This document shows, piece after piece, positions 45,471 to 55,321 of a DNA stretch of 61,976 nucleotides. The notes beneath the pieces were generated by a model, which ran no database searches, was not told where the DNA came from, and saw only the letters and a program-made list of their open reading frames with translations. Numbering within the stretch: position 1 is the stretch's first letter; the number at the start of each line of letters is the position of its first letter. A program made the translations under genes and the position numbers. Source of the stretch: a virus (taxonomy: Duplodnaviria; Caudoviricetes). Location: IMG/VR virus record IMGVR_UViG_3300043788_000036, positions 1 to 61,976 of that record. The stretch is one strand, 5' to 3'.

Positions 45471-48194
45471 ATGGCGGCGGCTGAACCCCTCGACTTAGAG
45501 AACCCGCGGCGACTACGTGAAACCCTTGAGAGGTTCTCGGACGATGACTTAGAGCTACTGACAGCTCGACTGCGCTGGCGCGCTATTGCACGTAAAAAGC
45601 AGTTGCCGCCTGACAACAATAAATGGGATTTCTTCGGTATTAAGTCGGGCCGCGGGTTTGGGAAAACGGTCTCGGGCGCTCGATGGCTTGCAGATGCGGC
45701 CTTGGTAGACCCGGGCTCTTACAACTTCGTAATAGCCCCGACGCACGAAGACTTGGTTACCACGTGCTTTTACGGCCCGACAGGGCTTCATGGAGCGTAT
45801 GAAGACAAGGCCGGCTTGATCGGCCCCCCGGGCAGGCAGTACCCGATACTCCCAAAGAAGCTCATCAAGGATTCGACCAAATCTCCCCCGGTTATCACGT
45901 TAACCAATAGCGCTATCATTAGGGGATTCTCTGCGGATACTCCGGAGCGCCTGCGCGGGCCGCAGTGTCACCGTGGTTGGTTAGATGAAGTTGCAAGTTG
46001 GAGGTTCGCTGAGAAAGCGTTTGATAATTTCGTGTTTGGGTTACGGCTAGGTAAACACCCACAGGTGTTTTGGACAGGGACGCCTAAGCCAAAACCCTTT
46101 ATCAAAATGCTGATGAGCCTGCCGCGCTCCATCACGATATCTGGCTCCACGTACGAGAACGCGGAAAACTTGTCGGACATATTCTACGATAATATCGCTA
46201 AATACGAGGGAACACGAATTGGCCGGCAGGAGATATACGGGGAGATTATCGACCCCGAAGAAGCCGGTTTCGTTAAGCGGTCTGATATCCGCTTATGGCC
46301 AGCAGGTAAGCCGCTCCCGAAGTTTCGCTTTGTTGTAATGTCTCTCGATACCGCGTTCACGGAAGAAACGTGGAACAAAAAGGAGCAAACAGGTGATCCA
46401 ACCGCGTGCACCGTATGGGGCTTGTTCGAATACGAGCGGCGGGAGCACGTGATGTTACTCCATGCTTGGGAACAGTACTTAGGCTTCCCCGCACTTGTCC
46501 GACAAGTGAAATATGAATATACGATGCGCTATGGGGATCAAGATGAGCCCCTGCTCAGGCCAGCTTTGATCTCTAAAGACCGTCGTCCCGCGCGTACTGG
46601 GCGGGCGATAGACCATCTCCTAATTGAAGATACCGGTTCTGGGAAGTCGCTCATCCAAGTGCTTGCGGAAGAGGGGGTCTTCGCTGAGCGGTTCCCAACC
46701 GACATGGACAAGCTCTCTAAGCTCCATGCAGCGTCTCCCATGTTCGCCCATGGGCGGGTATGGACTCCTGAGAGTAAGGTCACTCCTGGGCACCCTAGGC
46801 CCTGGGCGGAGAAGGTCATTAGCCAGCTCTGCTGCTACGTCGGAGAAGGGTCCTTGGCGCATGACGACCTTTTAGATACTTGCGTGACGGCTGAGACGTG
46901 CATCTTAACGCCTACAGGGCCACGAGCTATCTCAACAATCCAGGTAGGTGACTTGGTGCTCACGCACAAAGGCAGGTGGCGTCCGGTCACTAAGACAATG
47001 CAGCGTATTTCACCTCATGTGTACCGTTTCAAAGCGAAGACCTTGGATGAAATCTCGATTACCGGAAACCACCCCGCGTGGGTAAGTAGTATACGATACC
47101 AAGACGCGGCGTACCGAGAAGCGGGTGAGCCACATTTCAAGCCGATTGCTGAAATACGCCCGCGCTCTATGTACATCTTAAACCGCAACGGTAAAGGGGT
47201 ACAGTGTCCGATGTCTTCAAAACACGATGCGATTATGCTGCCTCGCTATGTACCGGAAGCAGTGCGGGTGTCTATCGATGTGTTGCAGTTTTGTCCCCGT
47301 CCTGATCTACAGGTATCAGATAGTGTAGTTAGATTGGAGCATAGCAGGGCTAAGGAAGTCTTTCGTCACATACCGCTTACCTCGGAGACGGGGTTCGTGT
47401 TCGGATTGTTTATGGCTGAGGGTTGCGTAACTAGTCGGCGAGGCGTGAAAAACTCCATCAATTGGGCATGTGACGAGGCGGCTATAAAAACATGCGCGAG
47501 AGTACTCAAGGGGCAGTTCGGGGTACGGGATGTATTGATTAGTAATGAGGATACCCACTGGCGCGCTAACGTGGGTAGTGTGCCGCTAGCTGCGGTGTTT
47601 GAGACACTTGGATACCTGGCAGAGAACAAAGCCGTGCCGGGGTGGGTGTACGACGCGCCGGAAGATTTTGTGCGCGGATTCATTGAAGGTTATGCCCACG
47701 GTGACGGGCATGTTACGAAAAGCACTCAGACTACCTCAATTACATCTACTTCCTGGGTAGCTCTTTGGGGGGTGCGAGTGTTGCTTACTAGGTTAGGGAT
47801 TTCTGCGTACATTAACCTTTCCAAATCGGCAGGTGTGCGAACAATAAACGGTAAGACGTCTCAGTGCTTGGACGCTTGGGTACTCAGCTATCAAGCTACC
47901 CCTCGCTATGCAGGTACAGCGTGCTGGCGTCCGGAAGGTGCGGCTTATTGGGTTGAGAAGAATGAGAGGGTAGAGGGCGGGTTCAGGGGTTTTGACGTCT
48001 ATAACCTTTCGGTCGAAGAAGACGAAAGCTACGTTACGACTGGCGGAACGGTGCACAATTGCACCCAAGCTTTGCTATTTTTCATGCGAAAGTACAAAAT
48101 CAGCTTGACAGTACGACAAGACCCGGTTAAGGCGATCATAGCCGCATCGGAACGGCTGAAACAACAACGGCGGAGTAACCCTTATGACGGGTAA
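45471..48194 (+). CDS. terL: Terminase large subunit, intein-containing (514 aa after splicing)
   Basis: SGRGFGKT, PERLRGPQ, WLDE, TGTPKP, SLDTAF, IED, HDDLLD. Confidence 0.95.
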   Translation: MAAAEPLDLENPRRLRETLERFSDDDLELLTARLRWRAIARKKQLPPDNNKWDFFGIKSGRGFGKTVSGARWLADAALVDPGSYNFVIAPTHEDLVTTCFYGPTGLHGAYEDKAGLIGPPGRQYPILPKKLIKDSTKSPPVITLTNSAIIRGFSADTPERLRGPQCHRGWLDEVASWRFAEKAFDNFVFGLRLGKHPQVFWTGTPKPKPFIKMLMSLPRSITISGSTYENAENLSDIFYDNIAKYEGTRIGRQEIYGEIIDPEEAGFVKRSDIRLWPAGKPLPKFRFVVMSLDTAFTEETWNKKEQTGDPTACTVWGLFEYERREHVMLLHAWEQYLGFPALVRQVKYEYTMRYGDQDEPLLRPALISKDRRPARTGRAIDHLLIEDTGSGKSLIQVLAEEGVFAERFPTDMDKLSKLHAASPMFAHGRVWTPESKVTPGHPRPWAEKVISQLCCYVGEGSLAHDDLLDTCVTAETCILTPTGPRAISTIQVGDLVLTHKGRWRPVTKTMQRISPHVYRFKAKTLDEISITGNHPAWVSSIRYQDAAYREAGEPHFKPIAEIRPRSMYILNRNGKGVQCPMSSKHDAIMLPRYVPEAVRVSIDVLQFCPRPDLQVSDSVVRLEHSRAKEVFRHIPLTSETGFVFGLFMAEGCVTSRRGVKNSINWACDEAAIKTCARVLKGQFGVRDVLISNEDTHWRANVGSVPLAAVFETLGYLAENKAVPGWVYDAPEDFVRGFIEGYAHGDGHVTKSTQTTSITSTSWVALWGVRVLLTRLGISAYINLSKSAGVRTINGKTSQCLDAWVLSYQATPRYAGTACWRPEGAAYWVEKNERVEGGFRGFDVYNLSVEEDESYVTTGGTVHNCTQALLFFMRKYKISLTVRQDPVKAIIAASERLKQQRRSNPYDG
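46881..48059 (+). mobile_element. Intein with LAGLIDADG homing endonuclease (393 aa)
   Basis: C1 CVTAET; ITGNHP; FGLFMAEG and FIEGYAHGDG; VYNLSVEEDESY..VHN followed by Cys. Confidence 0.95.
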
Positions 48195-48444
48195 GTACCA
48201 AACTAAGATTAGAGTTATAGAGGCGTTCCGCTGGACAGGGCAACACCGTAGTGCGTGGCCAGAGTGGGCAGCTCCGGAGCTGCTGAATGAATCTGGTACG
48301 GCGCTTTATGCGTATTCGCTACATGGCCCGGTTCGAGTAGAGCGGGGTCAGTGGTTGATTAAAGGGGACGGAGAAATATACCCCTGTACAGAGGAAGAGT
48401 TCCAAAAGCGCTACGAGCCAATCACCTACGTAGACGGCGCGTAA
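48184..48444 (+). CDS. Small phage protein (KY..K..IEA..G.WLIKG.GEIYPC..F..RYE type)
   Basis: Motif pattern. Confidence 0.7.
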   Translation: MTGKYQTKIRVIEAFRWTGQHRSAWPEWAAPELLNESGTALYAYSLHGPVRVERGQWLIKGDGEIYPCTEEEFQKRYEPITYVDGA

Positions 48445-48452
48445 GGGGGCAT

Positions 48453-48665
48453 GTGAACGTAGATAGCTTTGTCAGCGTACTGCTTGCAGTCATCGGCGGA
48501 TTGCTGATGATTGTTTGGGGGATGTTGACGTATGAAATACGGCTATTACGTAAGGCTGTGCACCGTACGCGTAACGGGCTGCACGCTGTGAATATTATTG
48601 TTAGTATTTTGGCTAAAAAGCAGGGCTTGGATTGGGCCAACCCGTCTCTTGAGGATAAAGACTAA
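48453..48665 (+). CDS. Small membrane protein
   Basis: N-terminal TM segment. Confidence 0.55.
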   Translation: MNVDSFVSVLLAVIGGLLMIVWGMLTYEIRLLRKAVHRTRNGLHAVNIIVSILAKKQGLDWANPSLEDKD

Positions 48666-51235
48666 TGGCGCTCGATGACGAAAACGACGATAACGAAGCT
48701 ACAGAGTACCCTTCAGACGGGGAGCCCAACGAGTCCTCTCCCGGTGTCACCGATACGGATGACGGCGGCGCCATTATCCAGACTGGGGACGATGAAGATG
48801 AGCCTACCGCGGACGAAAGCGACCATTTCCGTAACCTAGTACCGGAGTTGGATCCGACGCAGCTTTCGACGTTCGTGACTGAGTTAATGGAGCGAATTGA
48901 GTACGATAAGAAATCCCGCTCCGAACGCGATGAGCAGTATGAGGAGGGGCTCAAGCGTATGGGGCTAGCCGGGGAAACCGTTTCTGCCCCTGCTTTCGAC
49001 GGCGCTTCTAAGGCGACGCATCCCATGTTGGGTAAGGCGACGCTGTATTACCAGTCGCACACGATCGGGGAGCTGATGCCTCCCAACGGCCCGGTGAAGG
49101 ATTGGATGCCTGGGGAGCCGACACCCGACCGAGTCGAGAAAGCGAAACGTAAAACGGCGCACATGAATTGGCAGTTCCGCAAGCAAATGCCGGAATTCCG
49201 TTCGCAGCTGGAAAAGCTGCTTTCTCAGCAGCTCCCTGCCGGTTCGCAGTACATGCGCCTCGTGTACGATGGCGATAAGCGACGCCCGGTACCGACGTTC
49301 TGGCCCATTGACCAAGTCATTATCCCTGAGGCTGCATCGGACTTTTACACCGCAGAGCGACGCACGCTTCTTGACTCCATTACCCAACACGAGTTGGAAT
49401 CACGCATACGCCAGGGTTACTATGTACGGGTGCCGCTCACAACATCGTCCCAGGTACCGGATAAGACTAAGGCGGAACAGGCGTCGGACGCGATCGAGGG
49501 CAAGAAAGGTAACGCATCGTCCAATGAGGACGGCTTGCGCCGTATCTACGTTGTGGAAGTGCTCGCGGAACTGGAAGACACGGACCGCTTGCGGGTGGCG
49601 GGCGATCAACGGGATTCGGGGGCTGCGGTAGATCGCGTAGGCCCTAAGCCGTACCTCGTAGAGATAGACCCGCTCAACCGTGAGTGCCTGCGCGCGGTGC
49701 GCAATTGGGAGCCTGAGGATAAGCAGTGCGAGAACCTATGTTGGCTAATCGACTTCGAGTGCCTACCGTGGCGCGGCGCGCAGTCGGTGGGGCTCATCCA
49801 TTACGCAGGCTCGCTTTCTGGGGCCAGTACAGGCGCACTGCGGGCTTTGCTGGATAGTGCCCTCATCAATGCACTACCCACCCTGTTGCGGCTCAAGGGG
49901 GCCGGGGCTCCGGGGCAGACGCTGAACCTTAACGTGTGTGGCGTTACTGAGATTGAGGGCGGGGCGCTTGGGGATCAGGATATCCGTAAGATCCTCATGG
50001 CGGTACCCTTCAATCCGACGCCGGCAGTGCTGTATCAGCTGCTCGGCTGGTGCACAGATCAGGGCGAGTCCCTGGTGCGTACGACTTTCGAGAACCTCTC
50101 GGAAGACGGCTCGCCCAATATGCCGGTGGGGACGACGCTCGCGCTCATTGAGCAGGGTCTCAAGGTGCTCTCCGCAATCCACATGCGGCTACATACCGCA
50201 ATGGATCGATTGATCGGCGTTCTACACCGCATCAACCGCATGTACATCACGGATGAGGAAATCCTTGATGACACGGGAGAGATGTTAGCGTACCGCGCTG
50301 ACTACGAAGGCCCCGTCGATGTGGTCCCCGTCTCTGACCCCCAAGTTTTCAGCGACATTCAAAGGTTTGCTCAGCTCCAAATTATTCAGCAACGCGCTGA
50401 CTTGCACCCGGAGCTTTACGACGCTCGTAAAGTCGAAACGCTAATACTTGAGCGGACGAAGATACCTAACGCAGTAGACTTGCTGTTACCGGTACCCGAG
50501 CCGCAAGAGCTGAATGCGATCAACGAGAACGTCGCAATGACCCTCGGGCGCCCGGTCGTGGCATTCCCTGAGCAGGACCACTTAGCGCACATCCAAGTGC
50601 ACCTCGATTACATGACGAGCCCTTTCTTTGGGTTCTTGCCGATCATTGCGCCGAAGTTTATTTCAGCTTGTTTGCAACATCTGGTGGAGCACATTGCGTA
50701 TTGGTACCTGTCGGAGACGGTGCGCATAGGGTCCGAAGCTGCTGGGGAAGACCTCGGTAAGCTTACTCAATTCCGCGACCCCGAGACTGCGAGGGAAATG
50801 GATCAGACACTAGCGGAAGCTTCGCATCATGTGATGGATAGCGCTAAGCAGGTGCTATCGAAGATACCTGGCGTTATCCAACAGGCACAGGCAATGATGC
50901 AGAAATTCATGCCCCCACAACCGCAAGATCCGGGGCAGACCGCGCTCGCCGTTGCGGATAAGAACAACCAAGGTAAGGTGCAGGCTATCCAGGCTAAAGG
51001 GCAACAAGACCAGCAGAAATCGCAATCCGATGCGCAAGCCAAGATGCAGCAGACTATTATCGAGCAGCAAGGAGAAGACCAGCGTACTCAGGCAGAACTT
51101 GCTGAGAAGACGGATACTACCAATCGCGATAATCAAACTGCGCTGGAGATTTCCGCGGCAAAGATTGAGACTGGCCACTCTACTAACCTGTCGACTGGCA
51201 CGGGTATGGAAGAGCGCGGAGGGGGTACTGAATGA
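48665..51235 (+). CDS. Portal protein
   Basis: Follows terL; acidic N-terminus, HPML, ELMPPNGPVK, LRALLDSA, PVGTTLALIEQG, Q-rich C-terminus. Confidence 0.85.
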   Translation: MALDDENDDNEATEYPSDGEPNESSPGVTDTDDGGAIIQTGDDEDEPTADESDHFRNLVPELDPTQLSTFVTELMERIEYDKKSRSERDEQYEEGLKRMGLAGETVSAPAFDGASKATHPMLGKATLYYQSHTIGELMPPNGPVKDWMPGEPTPDRVEKAKRKTAHMNWQFRKQMPEFRSQLEKLLSQQLPAGSQYMRLVYDGDKRRPVPTFWPIDQVIIPEAASDFYTAERRTLLDSITQHELESRIRQGYYVRVPLTTSSQVPDKTKAEQASDAIEGKKGNASSNEDGLRRIYVVEVLAELEDTDRLRVAGDQRDSGAAVDRVGPKPYLVEIDPLNRECLRAVRNWEPEDKQCENLCWLIDFECLPWRGAQSVGLIHYAGSLSGASTGALRALLDSALINALPTLLRLKGAGAPGQTLNLNVCGVTEIEGGALGDQDIRKILMAVPFNPTPAVLYQLLGWCTDQGESLVRTTFENLSEDGSPNMPVGTTLALIEQGLKVLSAIHMRLHTAMDRLIGVLHRINRMYITDEEILDDTGEMLAYRADYEGPVDVVPVSDPQVFSDIQRFAQLQIIQQRADLHPELYDARKVETLILERTKIPNAVDLLLPVPEPQELNAINENVAMTLGRPVVAFPEQDHLAHIQVHLDYMTSPFFGFLPIIAPKFISACLQHLVEHIAYWYLSETVRIGSEAAGEDLGKLTQFRDPETAREMDQTLAEASHHVMDSAKQVLSKIPGVIQQAQAMMQKFMPPQPQDPGQTALAVADKNNQGKVQAIQAKGQQDQQKSQSDAQAKMQQTIIEQQGEDQRTQAELAEKTDTTNRDNQTALEISAAKIETGHSTNLSTGTGMEERGGGTE

Positions 51236-51288
51236 CCCTTACCCTAGAAGAACTTGAGTTATATCTGAATACACTAGAGGAATTGAAT

Positions 51289-51645
51289 ATGACTGACGAA
51301 GTAAAGACTGTAGCTAGTGCCCAGAATACTGCGCTCCCGCACACAGACCCCGCAGGGCTGCAGAATGCTGGAGCACAAGCGGCGGGTACGCAAAACGCAG
51401 CAGCTCAGCCCGCGGAGCACCCGTCTTCCGGGTGGTGGAAGCCGGGCACCGCTCCTGTAGGGTCAACGCCCCACGCAGTGGGAGATGTAGTATCTACCTC
51501 CGTCGCTTCACTGGAAGCGCGGCTCACGGAGTTGGAAAACGTTGTGCACGCAATTGCCCCTTACAGCCGCAATGCTGCGCATAGTGGGGTGGTGAAGTGG
51601 GTTGAGAAGATCGGGGCGCGAATCAAGGCGGCGGTGAAACTGTGA
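51289..51645 (+). CDS. Hypothetical protein
   Basis: GAGG RBS before ATG 51289. Confidence 0.55.
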   Translation: MTDEVKTVASAQNTALPHTDPAGLQNAGAQAAGTQNAAAQPAEHPSSGWWKPGTAPVGSTPHAVGDVVSTSVASLEARLTELENVVHAIAPYSRNAAHSGVVKWVEKIGARIKAAVKL

Positions 51646-51911
51646 ATTTCGGGGATGCACTTGCGCTGCTGAAGGCAGGAAAACGGGTACAGCGCGCAGG
51701 CTGGAACGGCAAGGGAATGTTTATATTCCTGGTGCCTGGATCGACGTTCAAAGTGAATCGTCCGCCGTTGCTCGGAATTTATCCTGAAGGCACTGAGATT
51801 AGATACCACGGCCATGTGGACATGAAGACGGCTGACGGGATGGTGGTCCCTTGGTTATGTTCTCAGACAGACATGCTGGCTGAGGATTGGGGCCTATATG
51901 AGGGGGGATAA
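51642..51911 (+). CDS. tad2: DUF2829/Tad2-family anti-defence sponge
   Basis: MNFGDALALLKAGKRVQRAGWNGKGMFI..VPWLCSQTDMLAEDW. Confidence 0.85.
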   Translation: MNFGDALALLKAGKRVQRAGWNGKGMFIFLVPGSTFKVNRPPLLGIYPEGTEIRYHGHVDMKTADGMVVPWLCSQTDMLAEDWGLYEGG

Positions 51912-52218
51912 AGTTGGTAATATCGACGAAGCCCAGAAGGCTTTAGAACAGGCCCTTATTGACTTGCTCAACGCGCAGGATAGTCAGGGGCGTAAGGTAC
52001 GATTAGGGGGTGACTACAACGAGTTACTGAAACACTTTAATCATGTACGTAAGTGGTTTGAGCCCCCCTTTGCATTTGTTGGAGGAGACTTAGAGAAGGC
52101 AGCCGCTTTGCGTAACTTGGCGCTTTTATCTACCGCTTATGCTGCTTACTTAGAGTACTTTGCGGTAGGTGGGGTACCGCTCTCAACTATAGATGACGTA
52201 CTCAAGGGGGTACTGTGA
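51898..52218 (+). CDS. Helical hypothetical protein
   Basis: Overlaps both neighbours. Confidence 0.5.
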   Translation: MRGDKVGNIDEAQKALEQALIDLLNAQDSQGRKVRLGGDYNELLKHFNHVRKWFEPPFAFVGGDLEKAAALRNLALLSTAYAAYLEYFAVGGVPLSTIDDVLKGVL

Positions 52219-52421
52219 GGGATGAAAAAGCCTCCAACCAGGGGGCGCCGTTGTCGCAAGAGCAGCAGCTTTACCTGAAAGAGCTACAAGCGGTGGAAGC
52301 TGACTTCTGTACCTTGTGTAGCAAGATCGGCACGGGCCGCGAGTTATCGTTAGCAGCTACCAACATGCAGCAGGCGGCCATGTGGGCCGCGCGTCATGTG
52401 CTGGGGGGTAGCTTTAAATAG
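52215..52421 (+). CDS. Acb2/Tad1-like helical-hairpin protein
   Basis: LSQEQ..GRELSLAATNMQQAAMWAARHV. Confidence 0.65.
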   Translation: MRDEKASNQGAPLSQEQQLYLKELQAVEADFCTLCSKIGTGRELSLAATNMQQAAMWAARHVLGGSFK

Positions 52422-52472
52422 TCGAAACGGCTACGCTCGCGTGCGGGACATACTACGCACGCGAGGTTTGCC

Positions 52473-52847
52473 ATGGCGGATAAGTACGGTGGGCCGGTCA
52501 ATAAGCACCAAGAATTGGCGCAGACCGGGCACGTGGACGGGTACGCAAAAGGCGGCTCCGTGCATCATTCTAGCGGAGGACATACGTCGATGAAGCACGA
52601 GAACCAGCACCACGGGCACGGCAAGCATGGGCACAAGGGTCCGCATGAACATTACACTTCCCCTGGCGGGGGTGAGCACAGCGGACACAAGGGTAACAGC
52701 GTGCATACCCTTGTAAACCAAGGGAAAAATACCCCCGAAGAGCTGTACCACACGCACACGACTGACATTGAGACGGACGGCGGCGGAGACCATAGCTCGG
52801 GCAGCGACGCGCCGCGCGGTACGGGCAGCACGCGTAACCGCATCTAG
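52473..52847 (+). CDS. His/Gly-rich disordered protein with YAKGG motif
   Basis: GAGG RBS; HHGHGKHGHKGPHEH. Confidence 0.65.
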   Translation: MADKYGGPVNKHQELAQTGHVDGYAKGGSVHHSSGGHTSMKHENQHHGHGKHGHKGPHEHYTSPGGGEHSGHKGNSVHTLVNQGKNTPEELYHTHTTDIETDGGGDHSSGSDAPRGTGSTRNRI

Positions 52848-52879
52848 GACTTGACTTTTTCCGCCAAAGCCCTAGCGTT

Positions 52880-53068
52880 ATGTCTGTATTAGATCGGTTT
52901 ATTGGTGAACTCGCGACGCTCCGCAGTCAGGTTGCCGAGTCCAGCTTGACCAACCCGGAAGACAAAACAGCTTTCGGGTTTGGTCGCGCGGTAGGGCGAC
53001 TTGAAGGGTTACGGCTCGCAGAGGAAACGCTGAACCGATTGTTGAAAGACCCTGTGGAGGACGAATAG
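52880..53068 (+). CDS. Small helical head-region protein
   Basis: FGRAVGRLEGLRLAEE; precedes groES. Confidence 0.65.
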   Translation: MSVLDRFIGELATLRSQVAESSLTNPEDKTAFGFGRAVGRLEGLRLAEETLNRLLKDPVEDE

Positions 53069-53587
53069 TTGGCGTATCGAGATGAAGTTGAAGCTGCGCG
53101 AAAGCTGAAGACCACTTCGCGAGAAGTCCCGCTCGAAAAGCTGGAGCACCTCGCAGTGGCGAAGTTCGCCAAGTCATCCATCGCCTACGATTCTCTGGAG
53201 CAGGCCTTTCCGACGGCGGACCCGGGGCTTATCCCGTTCGGTACGGATGTCCTAGTGCAGATCCGGACGCCGCGCACGCGGACCAAGGGGGGTATCTACT
53301 TACCCGAGGAATCGCGCGAGACGGACCTTTGGAACATGCAGGTTGCGAAGGTGATCCGAATGGGTCCGGTCGCATTCTGCAATCGCGAGACGCTCAAGCC
53401 GTGGCCAGAGGGCCAGTGGTGCACGATTGGTGATTTCGTGCGCGTGCCCAAGTACGGCGGCGACCGCTGGTGGGTCGATGTGCCGGGCAGTGAGGACGGT
53501 AAGGCTCTGTTCGTGTTGTTTGATGACCTCGTCATGAAGGGGCGCATCCCCGACGACAAGGTGCTTGACATGGTGGCGTACATCTGA
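53069..53587 (+). CDS. groES: GroES-like co-chaperonin
   Basis: PFG.DVLV..TKGGIYLP..AKVIRMGP..GDFV..KYGG. Confidence 0.85.
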   Translation: MAYRDEVEAARKLKTTSREVPLEKLEHLAVAKFAKSSIAYDSLEQAFPTADPGLIPFGTDVLVQIRTPRTRTKGGIYLPEESRETDLWNMQVAKVIRMGPVAFCNRETLKPWPEGQWCTIGDFVRVPKYGGDRWWVDVPGSEDGKALFVLFDDLVMKGRIPDDKVLDMVAYI

Positions 53588-53642
53588 GGACGACAGAAGG
53601 TGGTCCGGCTCGTCGTGATGACGACTCGCGCCCAGCTACACG

Positions 53643-54701
53643 ATGGCAGACAAAGACACCGAAGAAAAAATCACCCCTGTAGGGCCGGGCGTTGAGGATG
53701 AAGCCTCGACGGGCGCTACGCGCGAGGAAGAAGACCTCGATCAAGGGTATTCCTACGAAGACAGGGAAGACGAGCCGCGCACTGCGGGGGATGAGCGCAC
53801 AGGGCACGCCGAGGAAGAGCTTGGAGAGGCTGATGAGCGCGGGCTGACCCGGGAGCAGAAGAAGCGCAGGAAACGGCGTGAGCGCTACGACGCGGCGGTA
53901 CGCGAGCGCGATTTCTACCGTGCACGCGCGGAGCAGCTTGAAGCGGAGCGTCGTCGAGACCTTGCGGCGCTTGAGTCTAGGCAGACCCAGACTGATGTGC
54001 TTACCATTGACGGGCGCATCCAGCAGGCCGAGAACGATATCCGCGAGGCGGAGTCGCTTTACGTCCAGGCGCGCCGCAACAACGACCCTGAAGCCGAGAT
54101 TGAGGCGACGCGCGTCCGCGAGCAGCTCCAGCGGGGTTTACAGCAGCTCCAGCACACTAAGAACCAGACCGTAAGGGGCGCGCAGGAGCGGCGCACGCAG
54201 CAGACACAGCCCTCCGGTATGGATCCTGAGATTGCTGCGCAGGCGAGCGGCTGGATGCGTCAGAACACGTGGTTTGATCCCCAGCTTCGCGATGAAGACT
54301 CGGCTATCGCACATGCGGTGGAGCAGCAGGTAGCACGCGAGCGTCGGTTTTCTCCGCGGACCCGCGAGTACTGGGACGAAGTCGATCGTCGCGTCGCCAA
54401 GCGCCTCCCTGATCGTTACGAGTCCCGTGAGCGCGGCCCGGACGATGAGGACGAGGAAGATGAGGAGGCGCGCCGCCCCGCGCGGCGAGCGAACGGCAAC
54501 GCACCTGCGCGCAAGCCATCTGGCCCCACTATCAAAGTGGCGGGCCGGGAGCGCCCTCTGCGTAAAGGCGAAGTTTTCATCGATGAGGAGCGCAAGCAGG
54601 CTCTTATCGAAGCAGGTAAGTGGGACGATGAAGTCGCGAGAAATCGCGCACTGAAGTACTACCAGAATTATGACCGGGCCGCTGGCAGGCGTCCGAGATA
54701 A
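53643..54701 (+). CDS. Capsid scaffolding protein (probable)
   Basis: Acidic N-terminus, long coiled coil, W..QNTWF; position. Confidence 0.65.
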   Translation: MADKDTEEKITPVGPGVEDEASTGATREEEDLDQGYSYEDREDEPRTAGDERTGHAEEELGEADERGLTREQKKRRKRRERYDAAVRERDFYRARAEQLEAERRRDLAALESRQTQTDVLTIDGRIQQAENDIREAESLYVQARRNNDPEAEIEATRVREQLQRGLQQLQHTKNQTVRGAQERRTQQTQPSGMDPEIAAQASGWMRQNTWFDPQLRDEDSAIAHAVEQQVARERRFSPRTREYWDEVDRRVAKRLPDRYESRERGPDDEDEEDEEARRPARRANGNAPARKPSGPTIKVAGRERPLRKGEVFIDEERKQALIEAGKWDDEVARNRALKYYQNYDRAAGRRPR

Positions 54702-54713
54702 CGAGACACCACC

Positions 54714-55289
54714 ATGGCCAACCCTAGACAGTCGATTAAGCGGATTCGGAAGGATGCTCCGGGCCGGGAAGATCGCGCGATGAAAGATCGGGCGATTACC
54801 GAGCGTAGGCAGCTGACTGATGAAGAGCGCGTTGAGTTGTTGAAACGTGCAAATTTCCAGTCTTCTTTGCCTAACATACCCCGCATACCTGGGTACCATG
54901 TATGTTGGGTTTCTACGACGCATCCAAACGATACTCCGCAAGGGCGCGAGCAGCTAGGCTACTCGTACATCAAGCGAGAGGAAGTACCCGAGTTCACGTT
55001 TACAGATCAGCGCACGGGGGATTTCCCGGGCGTGATCACGTGGCGTGAAATGGTCGGGATGAAGATTCCTCTCCACGAGTATCAGTTGTACATGGAGACG
55101 CTCCACCATCACGAACCGGCTCGTAACGAGGAGGCTATTTACAATAGCGCCTTCGAGGCGGGAGAAGTCGCGGCGCAATCCGCGAAACGTGGCGGCAAGA
55201 TGCGGGCTCCGGTAGTAGAGGCAGGCATTGAGGAGCTGGGACAGGCCCGCGAAGCCCCCAACTTCTGTGAAACAGAGATGGAGGGCTAG
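54714..55289 (+). CDS. Head-region protein
   Basis: IPGYHVCWVS..LGY..VGMKIP. Confidence 0.6.
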   Translation: MANPRQSIKRIRKDAPGREDRAMKDRAITERRQLTDEERVELLKRANFQSSLPNIPRIPGYHVCWVSTTHPNDTPQGREQLGYSYIKREEVPEFTFTDQRTGDFPGVITWREMVGMKIPLHEYQLYMETLHHHEPARNEEAIYNSAFEAGEVAAQSAKRGGKMRAPVVEAGIEELGQAREAPNFCETEMEG

Positions 55290-55321
55290 CGGATGACTTT
55301 CTCATCTGTGAGGCTCCTACC

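Noticed and set aside
52851-52878. Promoter TTGACT-N16-TAGCGT
   Set aside because: The -10 box would end one base before the ATG, leaving no room for a transcription start
54138-54941. Long antisense ORFs (this one, 35912..36646, 24649..25227, 32049..32312)
   Set aside because: Shadows of well-supported genes on the opposite strand or frame, with no recognisable motifs
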